From the NCBI RefSeq assembly GCF_000009045.1, contig NC_000964.3:1350001-1382000 (forward strand): DNA of 32,000 nucleotides, read 5' to 3'. Of the stretch, positions 7,936 to 16,847 are shown in pieces (position 1 is the first letter of the stretch; every line of letters begins with the position of its first letter). A program made the position numbers and the translations under genes. The notes beneath the pieces are model-generated. The model was given only the letters and a program-made list of their open reading frames with translations. It did not search any database and was not told where the DNA came from. The DNA is from Bacillus subtilis subsp. subtilis str. 168. GTDB taxonomy: Bacteria; Bacillota; Bacilli; Bacillales; Bacillaceae.

Positions 7936-9294
7936 TTACGAAGTTTTCTCTTCTTTTTGATCCAGTTTAATTTTTTTCGTCATTTCTTTGCCGTTTCGGA
8001 GAATTTTCACTTCAACGGTATCACCGATCTTTGCGTCTTTATATAAGATATTGCGCAATTCACTGCCTGTATCAATTTCTTTACCTTTTAGGCCGATGAT
8101 AATATCCTCCGCTTTTAATCCGGCCTTTTCAGCAGGAGAGCCTGAAGCGACCTCACGGATGTAAACGCCTTTATTCAGCTGGCTGCCGAACAGGCCGAGT
8201 GTGCCTTCTTGGTAATTTTGCGGCACTTGCTCTAGATCAAGCATGCTGACACCGATATATGGACGTTCAATTTGTCCTTTAGACAGCAATTCTTCAGCAA
8301 TCGGTTTTACGTCATTGCTTGGAATGGCGAATCCGATACCCTCAACATCATCCTCACTGATTTTCATACTGTTAATGCCGACAATTTTGCCGTCTGTATT
8401 TAACAAAGGACCGCCGCTGTTACCTGGATTAATTGCTGCGTCTGTCTGAATGACGTTAATGCTCGTTTCGCCGGCTGATGTAGACATTGAAACCGTTCTG
8501 TCCACGCCGCTTACAATTCCTTGTGTTACTGTGCGGGACAGGTCTTTTCCAAGCGGATCCCCAATCGCAATAACGGTCTCGCCTGTTCTAAGATCAGATG
8601 AATCACCGAAGTTTGCCACTTTTGTGACGTGGTCATCACTGATTTGGAGGACGGCTAAATCAGTTAACGAGTCACTGCCTACCAGCTTTGCAGTAACCTC
8701 AGTGCCGTCATATAAAGATACCTTCAGTGATGATGCCCCTTCTACGACGTGGTTATTTGTAATGATATAAGCCTTGCCATTCTCTTTTTTGAAAATGACA
8801 CCTGACCCTGAACCGCTTTCTGTATCTTCGCTGGAATCAGAAGAACTAGAGCCGAACAAAGAGCTGTTTGATTGTGCCTGAAGATTTGTAATACCGACAA
8901 TCGCTGGTGAAAGGTCTTCTACCATATCTGAGATTTTAGAAGAGTCCTCGCTCTTGAATGCAGATGAGCTGCTTGAGCTTTTTTTAGATTCAGAGGAGGT
9001 GCTTGTTGCTGTAACAGATTGCGTTTGCTGCTGGCTGGATGATTGTTTTGCAGTGTCCTGAGAATCATGGTCACCAAGCGGTGTAAACGTGTAAATGCCA
9101 AGAGCAAGACTGCCGCCGATCACTCCGCCAAGCAACGGTCTGAACCATCCGAATCCTCGTTTTTTCTTCTCCTGATCATGAATGACATTGCGGGCCGAGT
9201 AGGAGGCGCTCTGATCGTTCTCTTTCGTTAAAAAGACCTCATTCTCATTACCTTTCGTTCTGTTTTCATCACGATAGTTATCCATCATGTTCAC
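7936..9294 (-). CDS. htrA: HtrA/DegP-type membrane-anchored serine protease with PDZ domain
   Basis: SGSGSGVIF, TNNHVVEG, DLAVLQI, NPGNSGGPLLN (catalytic Ser), C-terminal PDZ. N-terminal TM. The true start is probably MDNYRDEN, 4 codons in. Confidence 0.95.
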   Translation of the reverse strand: MNMMDNYRDENRTKGNENEVFLTKENDQSASYSARNVIHDQEKKKRGFGWFRPLLGGVIGGSLALGIYTFTPLGDHDSQDTAKQSSSQQQTQSVTATSTSSESKKSSSSSSAFKSEDSSKISDMVEDLSPAIVGITNLQAQSNSSLFGSSSSDSSEDTESGSGSGVIFKKENGKAYIITNNHVVEGASSLKVSLYDGTEVTAKLVGSDSLTDLAVLQISDDHVTKVANFGDSSDLRTGETVIAIGDPLGKDLSRTVTQGIVSGVDRTVSMSTSAGETSINVIQTDAAINPGNSGGPLLNTDGKIVGINSMKISEDDVEGIGFAIPSNDVKPIAEELLSKGQIERPYIGVSMLDLEQVPQNYQEGTLGLFGSQLNKGVYIREVASGSPAEKAGLKAEDIIIGLKGKEIDTGSELRNILYKDAKIGDTVEVKILRNGKEMTKKIKLDQKEEKTS

Positions 9295-9376
9295 TCCGTT
9301 TCTCTATTTTCACATGTCTATTTATATTGATAGGTTTATGACTTGAGTTTATCATAAACAAAAACTGTGGGATAAA

Positions 9377-9405
9377 AATGAAAAGATTATGGGAAATTGT
9401 GAAAA
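9377..9405 (-). promoter_or_regulatory. Candidate CssR-binding octamers upstream of htrA
   Basis: Minus-strand TTTTCACA (9398-9405) and TTTTCATT (9377-9384), spaced 21 bp. Resembles the recalled TTTTCAYA octamer repeats of the htrA/htrB promoters. Confidence 0.5.
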
Positions 9406-9453
9406 AGTGCGGAAAACGGTACACTTCATATTGTATATGAAAGGACTGAGTCG

Positions 9454-10272
9454 ATGGAACAGATTGGATTGATTGGATATGGCAGCATGGCGGATATGAT
9501 CGCTAGACAGCTGTTGAAACATGAACAAATAAAAGAGAATGAGCTATTTATTGAGACGAGAACGAAGGGGGAGCGGCTGCGGGCACTCATGTCAGATTAT
9601 CCAAACGTATCGGCTGATCCGTTGGAGAATTGGGCAAATACGTGCCAATTGATTTTGATATGCGTCCCGCCACTCCATGTCATCGAAACAATGCGCCGTC
9701 TGTACCCGTATGTGAACAGAAATACTCACATCGTATCCATAGCTGCCGGTGTGCCGCTGCGTCTTTTGGAGGCAGAAACAGAAGCCGGTATCTCACGTGT
9801 TATTCCTGCCATTACGTCCGAAGCAGAAGCCGGCATCTCACTTGTCGTTCACAGTGAAGCACTGGCTGCAGAGAAAAAAGAACGTCTGAATGAATTGTTA
9901 TCGGTTTTCAGCCGTGTACGGGAAATCAAAGAATCGAATTTAGATGTGGCCAGCAATTTAACGAGCTCGGCACCGGGATTCATAGCTGCAATCTTTGAAG
10001 AACTGGCACTGTCTGCCGTCAGAAACAGCAGCCTGTCCAAAGAAGAAGCCTTTGATTTTCTGATTCATTCGCTATACGGAACTGGCAAGATGCTGATCGA
10101 AAAAAATATGTCTTTCGAGGAGACGCTGGAACGTGTTGCAACCAAAGGCGGAATAACGGGAGAGGGAGCTGAGGTGATACACGCCTCTGTGCCGGACGTT
10201 TTTGATGAGGTATTTGAAAGAACCCTGAGAAAATATGAACTGCTTACAGAACAGGTTGGTAAACAAACATGA
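9454..10272 (+). CDS. proG: Pyrroline-5-carboxylate reductase family protein
   Basis: 272 aa. IGLIGYGSMADMI N-terminus; NVASNLTSSAPGFIAAIFEELALSAVR matches the P5CR C-terminal signature region. Confidence 0.9.
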   Translation: MEQIGLIGYGSMADMIARQLLKHEQIKENELFIETRTKGERLRALMSDYPNVSADPLENWANTCQLILICVPPLHVIETMRRLYPYVNRNTHIVSIAAGVPLRLLEAETEAGISRVIPAITSEAEAGISLVVHSEALAAEKKERLNELLSVFSRVREIKESNLDVASNLTSSAPGFIAAIFEELALSAVRNSSLSKEEAFDFLIHSLYGTGKMLIEKNMSFEETLERVATKGGITGEGAEVIHASVPDVFDEVFERTLRKYELLTEQVGKQT

Positions 10273-10298
10273 ATCCTTGAAAGAGGATTCTTTTTTTA
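10271..10298 (+). terminator. Rho-independent terminator of proG
   Basis: GAATCCTttgaaAGAGGATTCTTTTTTT, overlapping the stop codon. Confidence 0.8.
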
Positions 10299-10354
10299 TC
10301 ACTGAATGATTGAGATTTTTCCCAGTTATATTGCATTTTTCCTCTTTTTTTAAT

Positions 10355-10395
10355 ATAATTTGTTAGAATATTCATAATTTAGTAAAAAAGGAGGA
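10355..10395 (+). promoter_or_regulatory. Candidate promoter/CodY control region of the dpp operon
   Basis: AT-rich AATATAATTTGTTAGAATATTCATAATTTAG before the dppA RBS (AAGGAGG). Degenerate similarity to AATTTTCWGAAAATT. Operon known to be CodY- and AbrB-controlled. Confidence 0.35.
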
Positions 10396-10400
10396 GCGTT

Positions 10401-11225
10401 ATGAAATTGTACATGTCAGTAGATATGGAAGGTATTTCGGGTCTTCCGGACGATACCTTTGTGGATTCCGGCAAGCGGAATTATGAACGCGGACGGCTTA
10501 TCATGACTGAAGAAGCAAACTACTGTATTGCTGAAGCGTTTAACAGCGGGTGTACCGAGGTGCTGGTCAATGACAGTCATTCGAAGATGAATAATCTGAT
10601 GGTTGAAAAGCTTCACCCTGAAGCAGACTTGATTTCTGGTGACGTCAAACCATTTTCAATGGTGGAGGGACTGGATGATACGTTTAGAGGCGCTTTGTTT
10701 CTCGGTTATCATGCGAGAGCCTCGACTCCTGGTGTCATGTCACACAGCATGATTTTCGGCGTCCGTCATTTTTACATAAACGATCGGCCTGTCGGTGAGC
10801 TTGGATTAAATGCATACGTTGCCGGTTATTATGATGTCCCGGTATTAATGGTAGCCGGGGATGACCGGGCGGCGAAGGAAGCAGAAGAGCTTATCCCGAA
10901 CGTGACGACAGCCGCAGTCAAACAAACCATTTCAAGATCCGCAGTGAAGTGCTTGTCGCCTGCGAAAGCCGGACGGCTGTTGACAGAAAAAACCGCATTT
11001 GCCCTGCAAAACAAGGACAAAGTCAAGCCGCTCACACCGCCTGACAGGCCAGTTCTGAGCATTGAATTCGCCAATTATGGCCAAGCAGAATGGGCGAATC
11101 TGATGCCGGGAACGGAAATCAAGACGGGAACTACAACCGTTCAATTTCAGGCGAAGGACATGCTTGAAGCCTATCAGGCGATGCTTGTCATGACTGAGCT
11201 TGCGATGCGGACATCATTCTGCTAA
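10401..11225 (+). CDS. dppA: D-aminopeptidase (zinc, M55 family)
   Basis: 274 aa. MKLYMSVDMEGISG, VNDSHSKMNN, LFLGYHARAS. First gene of an oligopeptide ABC transporter operon. Confidence 0.95.
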   Translation: MKLYMSVDMEGISGLPDDTFVDSGKRNYERGRLIMTEEANYCIAEAFNSGCTEVLVNDSHSKMNNLMVEKLHPEADLISGDVKPFSMVEGLDDTFRGALFLGYHARASTPGVMSHSMIFGVRHFYINDRPVGELGLNAYVAGYYDVPVLMVAGDDRAAKEAEELIPNVTTAAVKQTISRSAVKCLSPAKAGRLLTEKTAFALQNKDKVKPLTPPDRPVLSIEFANYGQAEWANLMPGTEIKTGTTTVQFQAKDMLEAYQAMLVMTELAMRTSFC

Positions 11226-11241
11226 AGGGGTGTTTTAGGCT

Positions 11242-12168
11242 TTGGCGCGATACATGATAAAGCGTTTTTGGGCAATGGCAGCTACGATTTTGGTGATTAC
11301 CACCCTGACTTTTGTTCTCATGAAGGTCATTCCCGGATCTCCTTTTAACGAGGAGAGAGGCACAAATGAAGCCGTTCAAAAAAATCTCGAAGCCTACTAT
11401 CACTTAGACGATCCTCTCATTTTCCAATACATTTTCTACTTAAAATCCATCATTACATTCGATTTCGGACCTTCAATTAAAAAACCGTCGGACAGCGTAA
11501 ATGATATGCTGGAACGCGGATTTCCCGTTTCCTTTGAGCTTGGGATGACAGCGATTGTCATTGCTGTGATTTCTGGGCTGGTGCTGGGCGTAATCGCTGC
11601 ACTCCGCCGCAATGGCTTTTTGGACTACGCCGCGATGAGTCTTGCAGTACTCGGCATCTCCATCCCGAATTTTATTCTGGCAACATTGCTCATTCAGCAA
11701 TTTGCTGTCAATCTCAAACTATTTCCCGCTGCGACATGGACGAGCCCGATTCATATGGTGCTTCCGACCGCAGCGCTTGCTGTAGGGCCAATGGCGATCA
11801 TTGCCAGGCTGACACGGTCGAGCATGGTCGAAGTTCTGACACAGGATTATATCCGCACAGCAAAAGCAAAAGGGCTTTCTCCGTTCAAAATTATCGTAAA
11901 ACACGCACTCAGAAATGCACTCATGCCCGTCATTACCGTCCTGGGCACACTCGTCGCCAGCATCTTAACAGGAAGCTTTGTCATTGAAAAAATCTTTGCC
12001 ATTCCGGGAATGGGAAAATATTTTGTTGAAAGCATTAATCAGCGGGACTACCCCGTGATTATGGGAACGACCGTTTTTTACAGCGTCATTCTGATTATCA
12101 TGCTGTTTTTGGTCGATTTGGCCTACGGTCTCTTAGACCCGCGCATTAAACTGCATAAGAAAGGGTGA
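11242..12168 (+). CDS. dppB: Dipeptide ABC transporter permease
   Basis: 308 aa, TTG start. DppB/OppB-type permease with the EAA-like loop (YIRTAKAKGLSPFKIIVKHALRNALMPV). Confidence 0.95.
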   Translation: MARYMIKRFWAMAATILVITTLTFVLMKVIPGSPFNEERGTNEAVQKNLEAYYHLDDPLIFQYIFYLKSIITFDFGPSIKKPSDSVNDMLERGFPVSFELGMTAIVIAVISGLVLGVIAALRRNGFLDYAAMSLAVLGISIPNFILATLLIQQFAVNLKLFPAATWTSPIHMVLPTAALAVGPMAIIARLTRSSMVEVLTQDYIRTAKAKGLSPFKIIVKHALRNALMPVITVLGTLVASILTGSFVIEKIFAIPGMGKYFVESINQRDYPVIMGTTVFYSVILIIMLFLVDLAYGLLDPRIKLHKKG

Positions 12169-12173
12169 AGCGT

Positions 12174-13136
12174 GTGAATCTCCCTGTACAAACGGATGAA
12201 CGCCAGCCAGAACAGCACAATCAGGTGCCTGATGAGTGGTTTGTCTTGAATCAGGAAAAAAATCGGGAAGCCGATTCGGTCAAGCGGCCGAGTTTGTCAT
12301 ACACGCAGGATGCCTGGAGGAGGCTGAAAAAAAATAAATTAGCGATGGCCGGACTCTTTATTCTTTTATTTCTTTTTGTCATGGCAGTTATCGGGCCCTT
12401 TTTATCGCCCCATAGTGTCGTACGCCAATCGCTGACAGAACAAAATCTTCCGCCCTCAGCCGATCATTGGTTCGGCACCGATGAACTCGGCCGGGATGTG
12501 TTTACCCGAACATGGTATGGCGCGAGAATCTCGTTGTTTGTCGGCGTGATGGCAGCACTGATTGATTTTTTGATCGGTGTCATTTACGGAGGCGTTGCCG
12601 GCTATAAAGGCGGCAGGATTGACAGCATTATGATGCGGATTATCGAAGTGCTGTACGGACTGCCGTATCTGCTTGTTGTCATTTTGCTGATGGTGCTCAT
12701 GGGACCGGGACTGGGCACGATTATTGTGGCGCTGACTGTGACCGGGTGGGTCGGCATGGCGAGAATTGTAAGAGGCCAGGTGCTTCAGATTAAAAATTAT
12801 GAATATGTACTCGCCTCGAAAACCTTTGGCGCGAAAACCTTTCGCATCATCCGGAAGAATTTGCTGCCGAATACTATGGGAGCGATCATCGTACAAATGA
12901 CATTAACCGTACCTGCCGCCATATTCGCAGAATCATTTTTAAGCTTTCTCGGCCTGGGCATACAGGCTCCGTTTGCAAGTTGGGGCGTGATGGCGAATGA
13001 CGGCCTGCCTACGATTTTATCTGGGCATTGGTGGCGCCTGTTTTTTCCGGCCTTTTTCATATCTCTGACGATGTACGCGTTTAATGTGCTGGGGGACGGA
13101 TTGCAGGATGCGCTTGACCCTAAGCTGAGGAGGTAG
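12174..13136 (+). CDS. dppC: Dipeptide ABC transporter permease
   Basis: ORF 12165..13136, likely GTG start at 12174 (MNLPVQTDE). DppC/OppC family with EAA loop (VLASKTFGAKTFRIIRKNLLPNTMG). Confidence 0.94.
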   Translation: MNLPVQTDERQPEQHNQVPDEWFVLNQEKNREADSVKRPSLSYTQDAWRRLKKNKLAMAGLFILLFLFVMAVIGPFLSPHSVVRQSLTEQNLPPSADHWFGTDELGRDVFTRTWYGARISLFVGVMAALIDFLIGVIYGGVAGYKGGRIDSIMMRIIEVLYGLPYLLVVILLMVLMGPGLGTIIVALTVTGWVGMARIVRGQVLQIKNYEYVLASKTFGAKTFRIIRKNLLPNTMGAIIVQMTLTVPAAIFAESFLSFLGLGIQAPFASWGVMANDGLPTILSGHWWRLFFPAFFISLTMYAFNVLGDGLQDALDPKLRR

Positions 13137-13140
13137 CTGT

Positions 13141-14148
13141 ATGGAAAAAGTTCTGTCAGTCCAAAATCTGCACGTGTCTTTTACGACTTACGGCGGGACG
13201 GTTCAGGCGGTCAGAGGGGTGAGCTTTGATTTGTATAAAGGAGAAACCTTTGCGATCGTCGGCGAATCCGGCTGCGGCAAAAGCGTTACCTCCCAAAGCA
13301 TCATGGGCCTGCTTCCGCCTTATTCGGCGAAGGTGACAGACGGCAGGATTCTATTTAAAAACAAAGACCTTTGCCGTCTCTCTGACAAAGAAATGAGAGG
13401 TATAAGGGGAGCCGACATTTCTATGATTTTTCAAGACCCGATGACGGCGTTAAACCCTACGCTGACTGTCGGCGACCAGCTGGGGGAAGCGCTATTGCGC
13501 CACAAAAAAATGAGCAAAAAAGCGGCACGGAAAGAGGTGCTTTCCATGCTGTCATTGGTTGGTATTCCAGATCCCGGAGAGCGCCTAAAGCAATATCCCC
13601 ACCAATTCAGCGGCGGTATGAGACAGCGGATTGTCATTGCGATGGCGCTGATTTGCGAGCCTGATATCTTAATTGCGGATGAACCGACCACCGCCCTGGA
13701 TGTAACCATTCAGGCACAGATTTTAGAGCTGTTTAAAGAGATTCAGAGAAAAACGGATGTGTCTGTCATTCTGATTACGCACGATTTAGGGGTTGTTGCC
13801 CAGGTAGCTGACAGAGTCGCAGTCATGTATGCCGGGAAAATGGCGGAAATCGGCACAAGAAAAGATATTTTTTATCAGCCGCAGCACCCATATACAAAAG
13901 GCCTGCTGGGCTCTGTCCCGCGGCTGGATTTAAATGGCGCTGAGCTGACCCCGATTGACGGAACGCCGCCGGATTTATTTTCGCCTCCGCCGGGCTGCCC
14001 GTTTGCCGCCCGCTGTCCGAACAGGATGGTTGTGTGTGACAGGGTGTACCCGGGCCAGACGATCAGATCTGACTCGCACACCGTCAACTGCTGGCTGCAG
14101 GATCAACGAGCAGAGCATGCGGTGCTGTCAGGAGATGCGAAGGATTGA
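13141..14148 (+). CDS. dppD: Dipeptide ABC transporter ATP-binding protein
   Basis: 335 aa. Walker A GESGCGKS, signature FSGGMRQR, Walker B LIADEPT, C-terminal Cys-rich oligo-HPY (CPFAARCPNRMVVC). Confidence 0.95.
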   Translation: MEKVLSVQNLHVSFTTYGGTVQAVRGVSFDLYKGETFAIVGESGCGKSVTSQSIMGLLPPYSAKVTDGRILFKNKDLCRLSDKEMRGIRGADISMIFQDPMTALNPTLTVGDQLGEALLRHKKMSKKAARKEVLSMLSLVGIPDPGERLKQYPHQFSGGMRQRIVIAMALICEPDILIADEPTTALDVTIQAQILELFKEIQRKTDVSVILITHDLGVVAQVADRVAVMYAGKMAEIGTRKDIFYQPQHPYTKGLLGSVPRLDLNGAELTPIDGTPPDLFSPPPGCPFAARCPNRMVVCDRVYPGQTIRSDSHTVNCWLQDQRAEHAVLSGDAKD

Positions 14149-14168
14149 ACATGAAAAGGGGGAAGAGG

Positions 14169-15800
14169 ATGAAACGAGTGAAAAAGCTATGGGGCATGGG
14201 TCTTGCATTAGGACTTTCGTTTGCGCTGATGGGGTGCACAGCAAATGAACAGGCCGGAAAAGAAGGCAGTCATGATAAGGCAAAAACCAGCGGAGAAAAG
14301 GTGCTGTATGTAAATAATGAAAATGAACCGACTTCATTCGATCCGCCGATCGGCTTTAATAATGTGTCATGGCAGCCGTTAAATAACATCATGGAGGGGC
14401 TGACGCGTCTTGGCAAAGATCATGAGCCCGAGCCGGCAATGGCGGAGAAATGGTCTGTTTCGAAAGATAATAAAACTTACACATTTACGATTCGGGAAAA
14501 TGCGAAATGGACAAACGGAGATCCTGTAACAGCCGGAGACTTCGAATACGCGTGGAAGCGGATGCTTGATCCGAAAAAAGGCGCTTCATCGGCATTCCTA
14601 GGTTATTTTATTGAAGGCGGCGAAGCATATAACAGCGGGAAAGGGAAAAAAGACGATGTGAAGGTGACGGCAAAGGATGATCGAACCCTTGAAGTTACAC
14701 TGGAAGCACCGCAAAAATATTTCCTGAGCGTTGTGTCCAATCCCGCGTATTTCCCGGTAAATGAAAAGGTCGATAAAGACAATCCAAAGTGGTTTGCTGA
14801 GTCGGATACATTTGTCGGAAACGGCCCGTTTAAGCTGACGGAATGGAAGCATGATGACAGCATCACAATGGAGAAAAGCGACACGTATTGGGATAAGGAT
14901 ACAGTGAAGCTTGATAAGGTGAAATGGGCGATGGTCAGTGACAGAAATACAGATTACCAGATGTTTCAATCAGGGGAACTTGATACCGCTTATGTCCCTG
15001 CTGAGCTGAGTGATCAGCTGCTTGATCAGGATAACGTCAATATTGTTGACCAGGCGGGTCTCTATTTCTATCGATTTAATGTCAACATGGAGCCGTTCCA
15101 AAATGAAAACATCAGAAAAGCCTTTGCGATGGCTGTGGATCAAGAGGAAATTGTAAAGTACGTCACGAAAAATAATGAAAAACCGGCGCACGCCTTTGTA
15201 TCGCCTGGGTTTACGCAGCCTGACGGCAAAGATTTCCGTGAAGCAGGCGGAGACCTGATCAAGCCTAACGAAAGCAAAGCGAAGCAGCTGCTCGAAAAGG
15301 GCATGAAGGAAGAAAACTATAATAAGCTTCCTGCGATCACGCTTACTTACAGCACAAAGCCGGAGCATAAAAAGATTGCCGAAGCTATTCAGCAAAAATT
15401 GAAAAATAGCCTTGGAGTCGATGTGAAGCTGGCCAATATGGAATGGAACGTATTTTTAGAGGATCAAAAAGCGCTGAAATTCCAATTCTCTCAAAGCTCA
15501 TTTTTGCCTGATTATGCAGACCCTATCAGTTTTCTGGAAGCCTTTCAAACGGGAAATTCGATGAACCGCACAGGCTGGGCCAATAAAGAATACGATCAGC
15601 TGATCAAACAGGCGAAAAACGAAGCCGATGAAAAAACACGGTTCTCTCTTATGCATCAAGCTGAAGAGCTGCTCATCAATGAAGCGCCGATCATTCCGGT
15701 TTATTTTTATAATCAGGTTCACCTGCAAAATGAACAAGTAAAAGGAATTGTCCGTCACCCTGTCGGCTATATCGATTTAAAATGGGCAGATAAAAACTGA
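14169..15800 (+). CDS. dppE: Dipeptide/murein-peptide ABC transporter substrate-binding lipoprotein
   Basis: Start at MKRVKKLWG. Lipobox LMGC. SBP family 5 motifs. The track start (14145) is upstream of the GGAAGAGG RBS. Confidence 0.95.
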   Translation: MKRVKKLWGMGLALGLSFALMGCTANEQAGKEGSHDKAKTSGEKVLYVNNENEPTSFDPPIGFNNVSWQPLNNIMEGLTRLGKDHEPEPAMAEKWSVSKDNKTYTFTIRENAKWTNGDPVTAGDFEYAWKRMLDPKKGASSAFLGYFIEGGEAYNSGKGKKDDVKVTAKDDRTLEVTLEAPQKYFLSVVSNPAYFPVNEKVDKDNPKWFAESDTFVGNGPFKLTEWKHDDSITMEKSDTYWDKDTVKLDKVKWAMVSDRNTDYQMFQSGELDTAYVPAELSDQLLDQDNVNIVDQAGLYFYRFNVNMEPFQNENIRKAFAMAVDQEEIVKYVTKNNEKPAHAFVSPGFTQPDGKDFREAGGDLIKPNESKAKQLLEKGMKEENYNKLPAITLTYSTKPEHKKIAEAIQQKLKNSLGVDVKLANMEWNVFLEDQKALKFQFSQSSFLPDYADPISFLEAFQTGNSMNRTGWANKEYDQLIKQAKNEADEKTRFSLMHQAEELLINEAPIIPVYFYNQVHLQNEQVKGIVRHPVGYIDLKWADKN

Positions 15801-15815
15801 TGGAGGCGATTGAGG

Positions 15816-15853
15816 AAATACTGCTTCTTTATGCGAAGGAGCGGTATTTTTTC
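15816..15853 (+). terminator. Candidate internal terminator/attenuator between dppE and ykfA
   Basis: AATACTGCTTCTTtatgcGAAGGAGCGGTATTTTTT: about 13-bp stem with G-U pairs followed directly by a T tract. Confidence 0.5.
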
Positions 15854-15887
15854 TCTTTCTTGCACGTATACGTAGGGTGCAGAGCAA

Positions 15888-16847
15888 ATGAAAGGAGTGT
15901 TTTCGTTGAATTACAAGCCGAAAGCGTTGAACAAGGGTGATACAGTCGGAGTGATCGCGCCCGCAAGTCCGCCGGATCCAAAAAAGCTTGACACCGCGCT
16001 TTTATTTTTAGAAGAGCTCGGTCTTCAGGTGAAGTTGGGCAAGGCGCTGAAAAACCAGCACGGCTATTTAGCGGGACAGGATGATGAGCGGCTGGCGGAT
16101 CTCCATGAGATGTTCAGAGACGATGAGGTAAAAGCAGTGTTGTGCGCATGCGGGGGTTTTGGGACAGGACGTATCGCCGCGGGCATTGATTTCAGCTTGA
16201 TCCGCAAACACCCTAAAATCTTTTGGGGATACAGCGATATTACGTTTTTACATACTGCCATTCATCAAAACACAGGTCTTGTCACTTTCCATGGCCCGAT
16301 GCTCAGCACGGATATTGGCCTTGACGACGTTCACCCGCTGACAAAAGCGTCATATAAGCAGCTCTTCCAGGAGACGGAATTCACCTATACAGAAGAGCTT
16401 TCTCCGCTGACCGAGCTTGTTCCTGGAAAAGCGGAAGGCGAGCTTGTCGGGGGAAATCTGTCTTTGCTGACGTCTACACTGGGCACGCCATTTGAAATTG
16501 ATACGAGAGGAAAGCTTCTGTTTATTGAAGATATTGACGAGGAGCCTTATCAAATCGACCGGATGCTGAATCAGCTGAAAATGGGGGGGAAGCTGACGGA
16601 CGCGGCGGGAATTCTAGTTTGTGATTTTCACAATTGTGTCCCGGTGAAGCGAGAGAAGTCTCTCTCGCTTGAGCAGGTGCTGGAAGACTATATTATTTCT
16701 GCGGGCAGGCCTGCTCTGAGAGGATTTAAAATCGGCCACTGCTCGCCAAGTATTGCCGTTCCGATCGGTGCGAAAGCTGCTATGAATACAGCAGAAAAAA
16801 CAGCCGTAATAGAGGCGGGCGTTTCAGAAGGGGCGCTGAAGACATGA
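15888..16847 (+). CDS. ykfA: LD-carboxypeptidase family (S66) muropeptide peptidase
   Basis: VGVIAPASPPD, GFGTGRIAAGIDFSLIRKHPKIFWGYSDIT. A TTG start at 15906 is also plausible from RBS position. Confidence 0.92.
   Translation: MKGVFSLNYKPKALNKGDTVGVIAPASPPDPKKLDTALLFLEELGLQVKLGKALKNQHGYLAGQDDERLADLHEMFRDDEVKAVLCACGGFGTGRIAAGIDFSLIRKHPKIFWGYSDITFLHTAIHQNTGLVTFHGPMLSTDIGLDDVHPLTKASYKQLFQETEFTYTEELSPLTELVPGKAEGELVGGNLSLLTSTLGTPFEIDTRGKLLFIEDIDEEPYQIDRMLNQLKMGGKLTDAAGILVCDFHNCVPVKREKSLSLEQVLEDYIISAGRPALRGFKIGHCSPSIAVPIGAKAAMNTAEKTAVIEAGVSEGALKT

Noticed and set aside
11736-13060. Antisense and alternate-frame ORFs in dppB/dppC (for example 12456..12896, 146 aa)
   Set aside because: Shadows of strongly coding permease frames; no RBS, no family signatures.
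14598-15395. Antisense ORFs 123 aa and 141 aa inside dppE
   Set aside because: Opposite-strand shadows of a clear substrate-binding lipoprotein gene.
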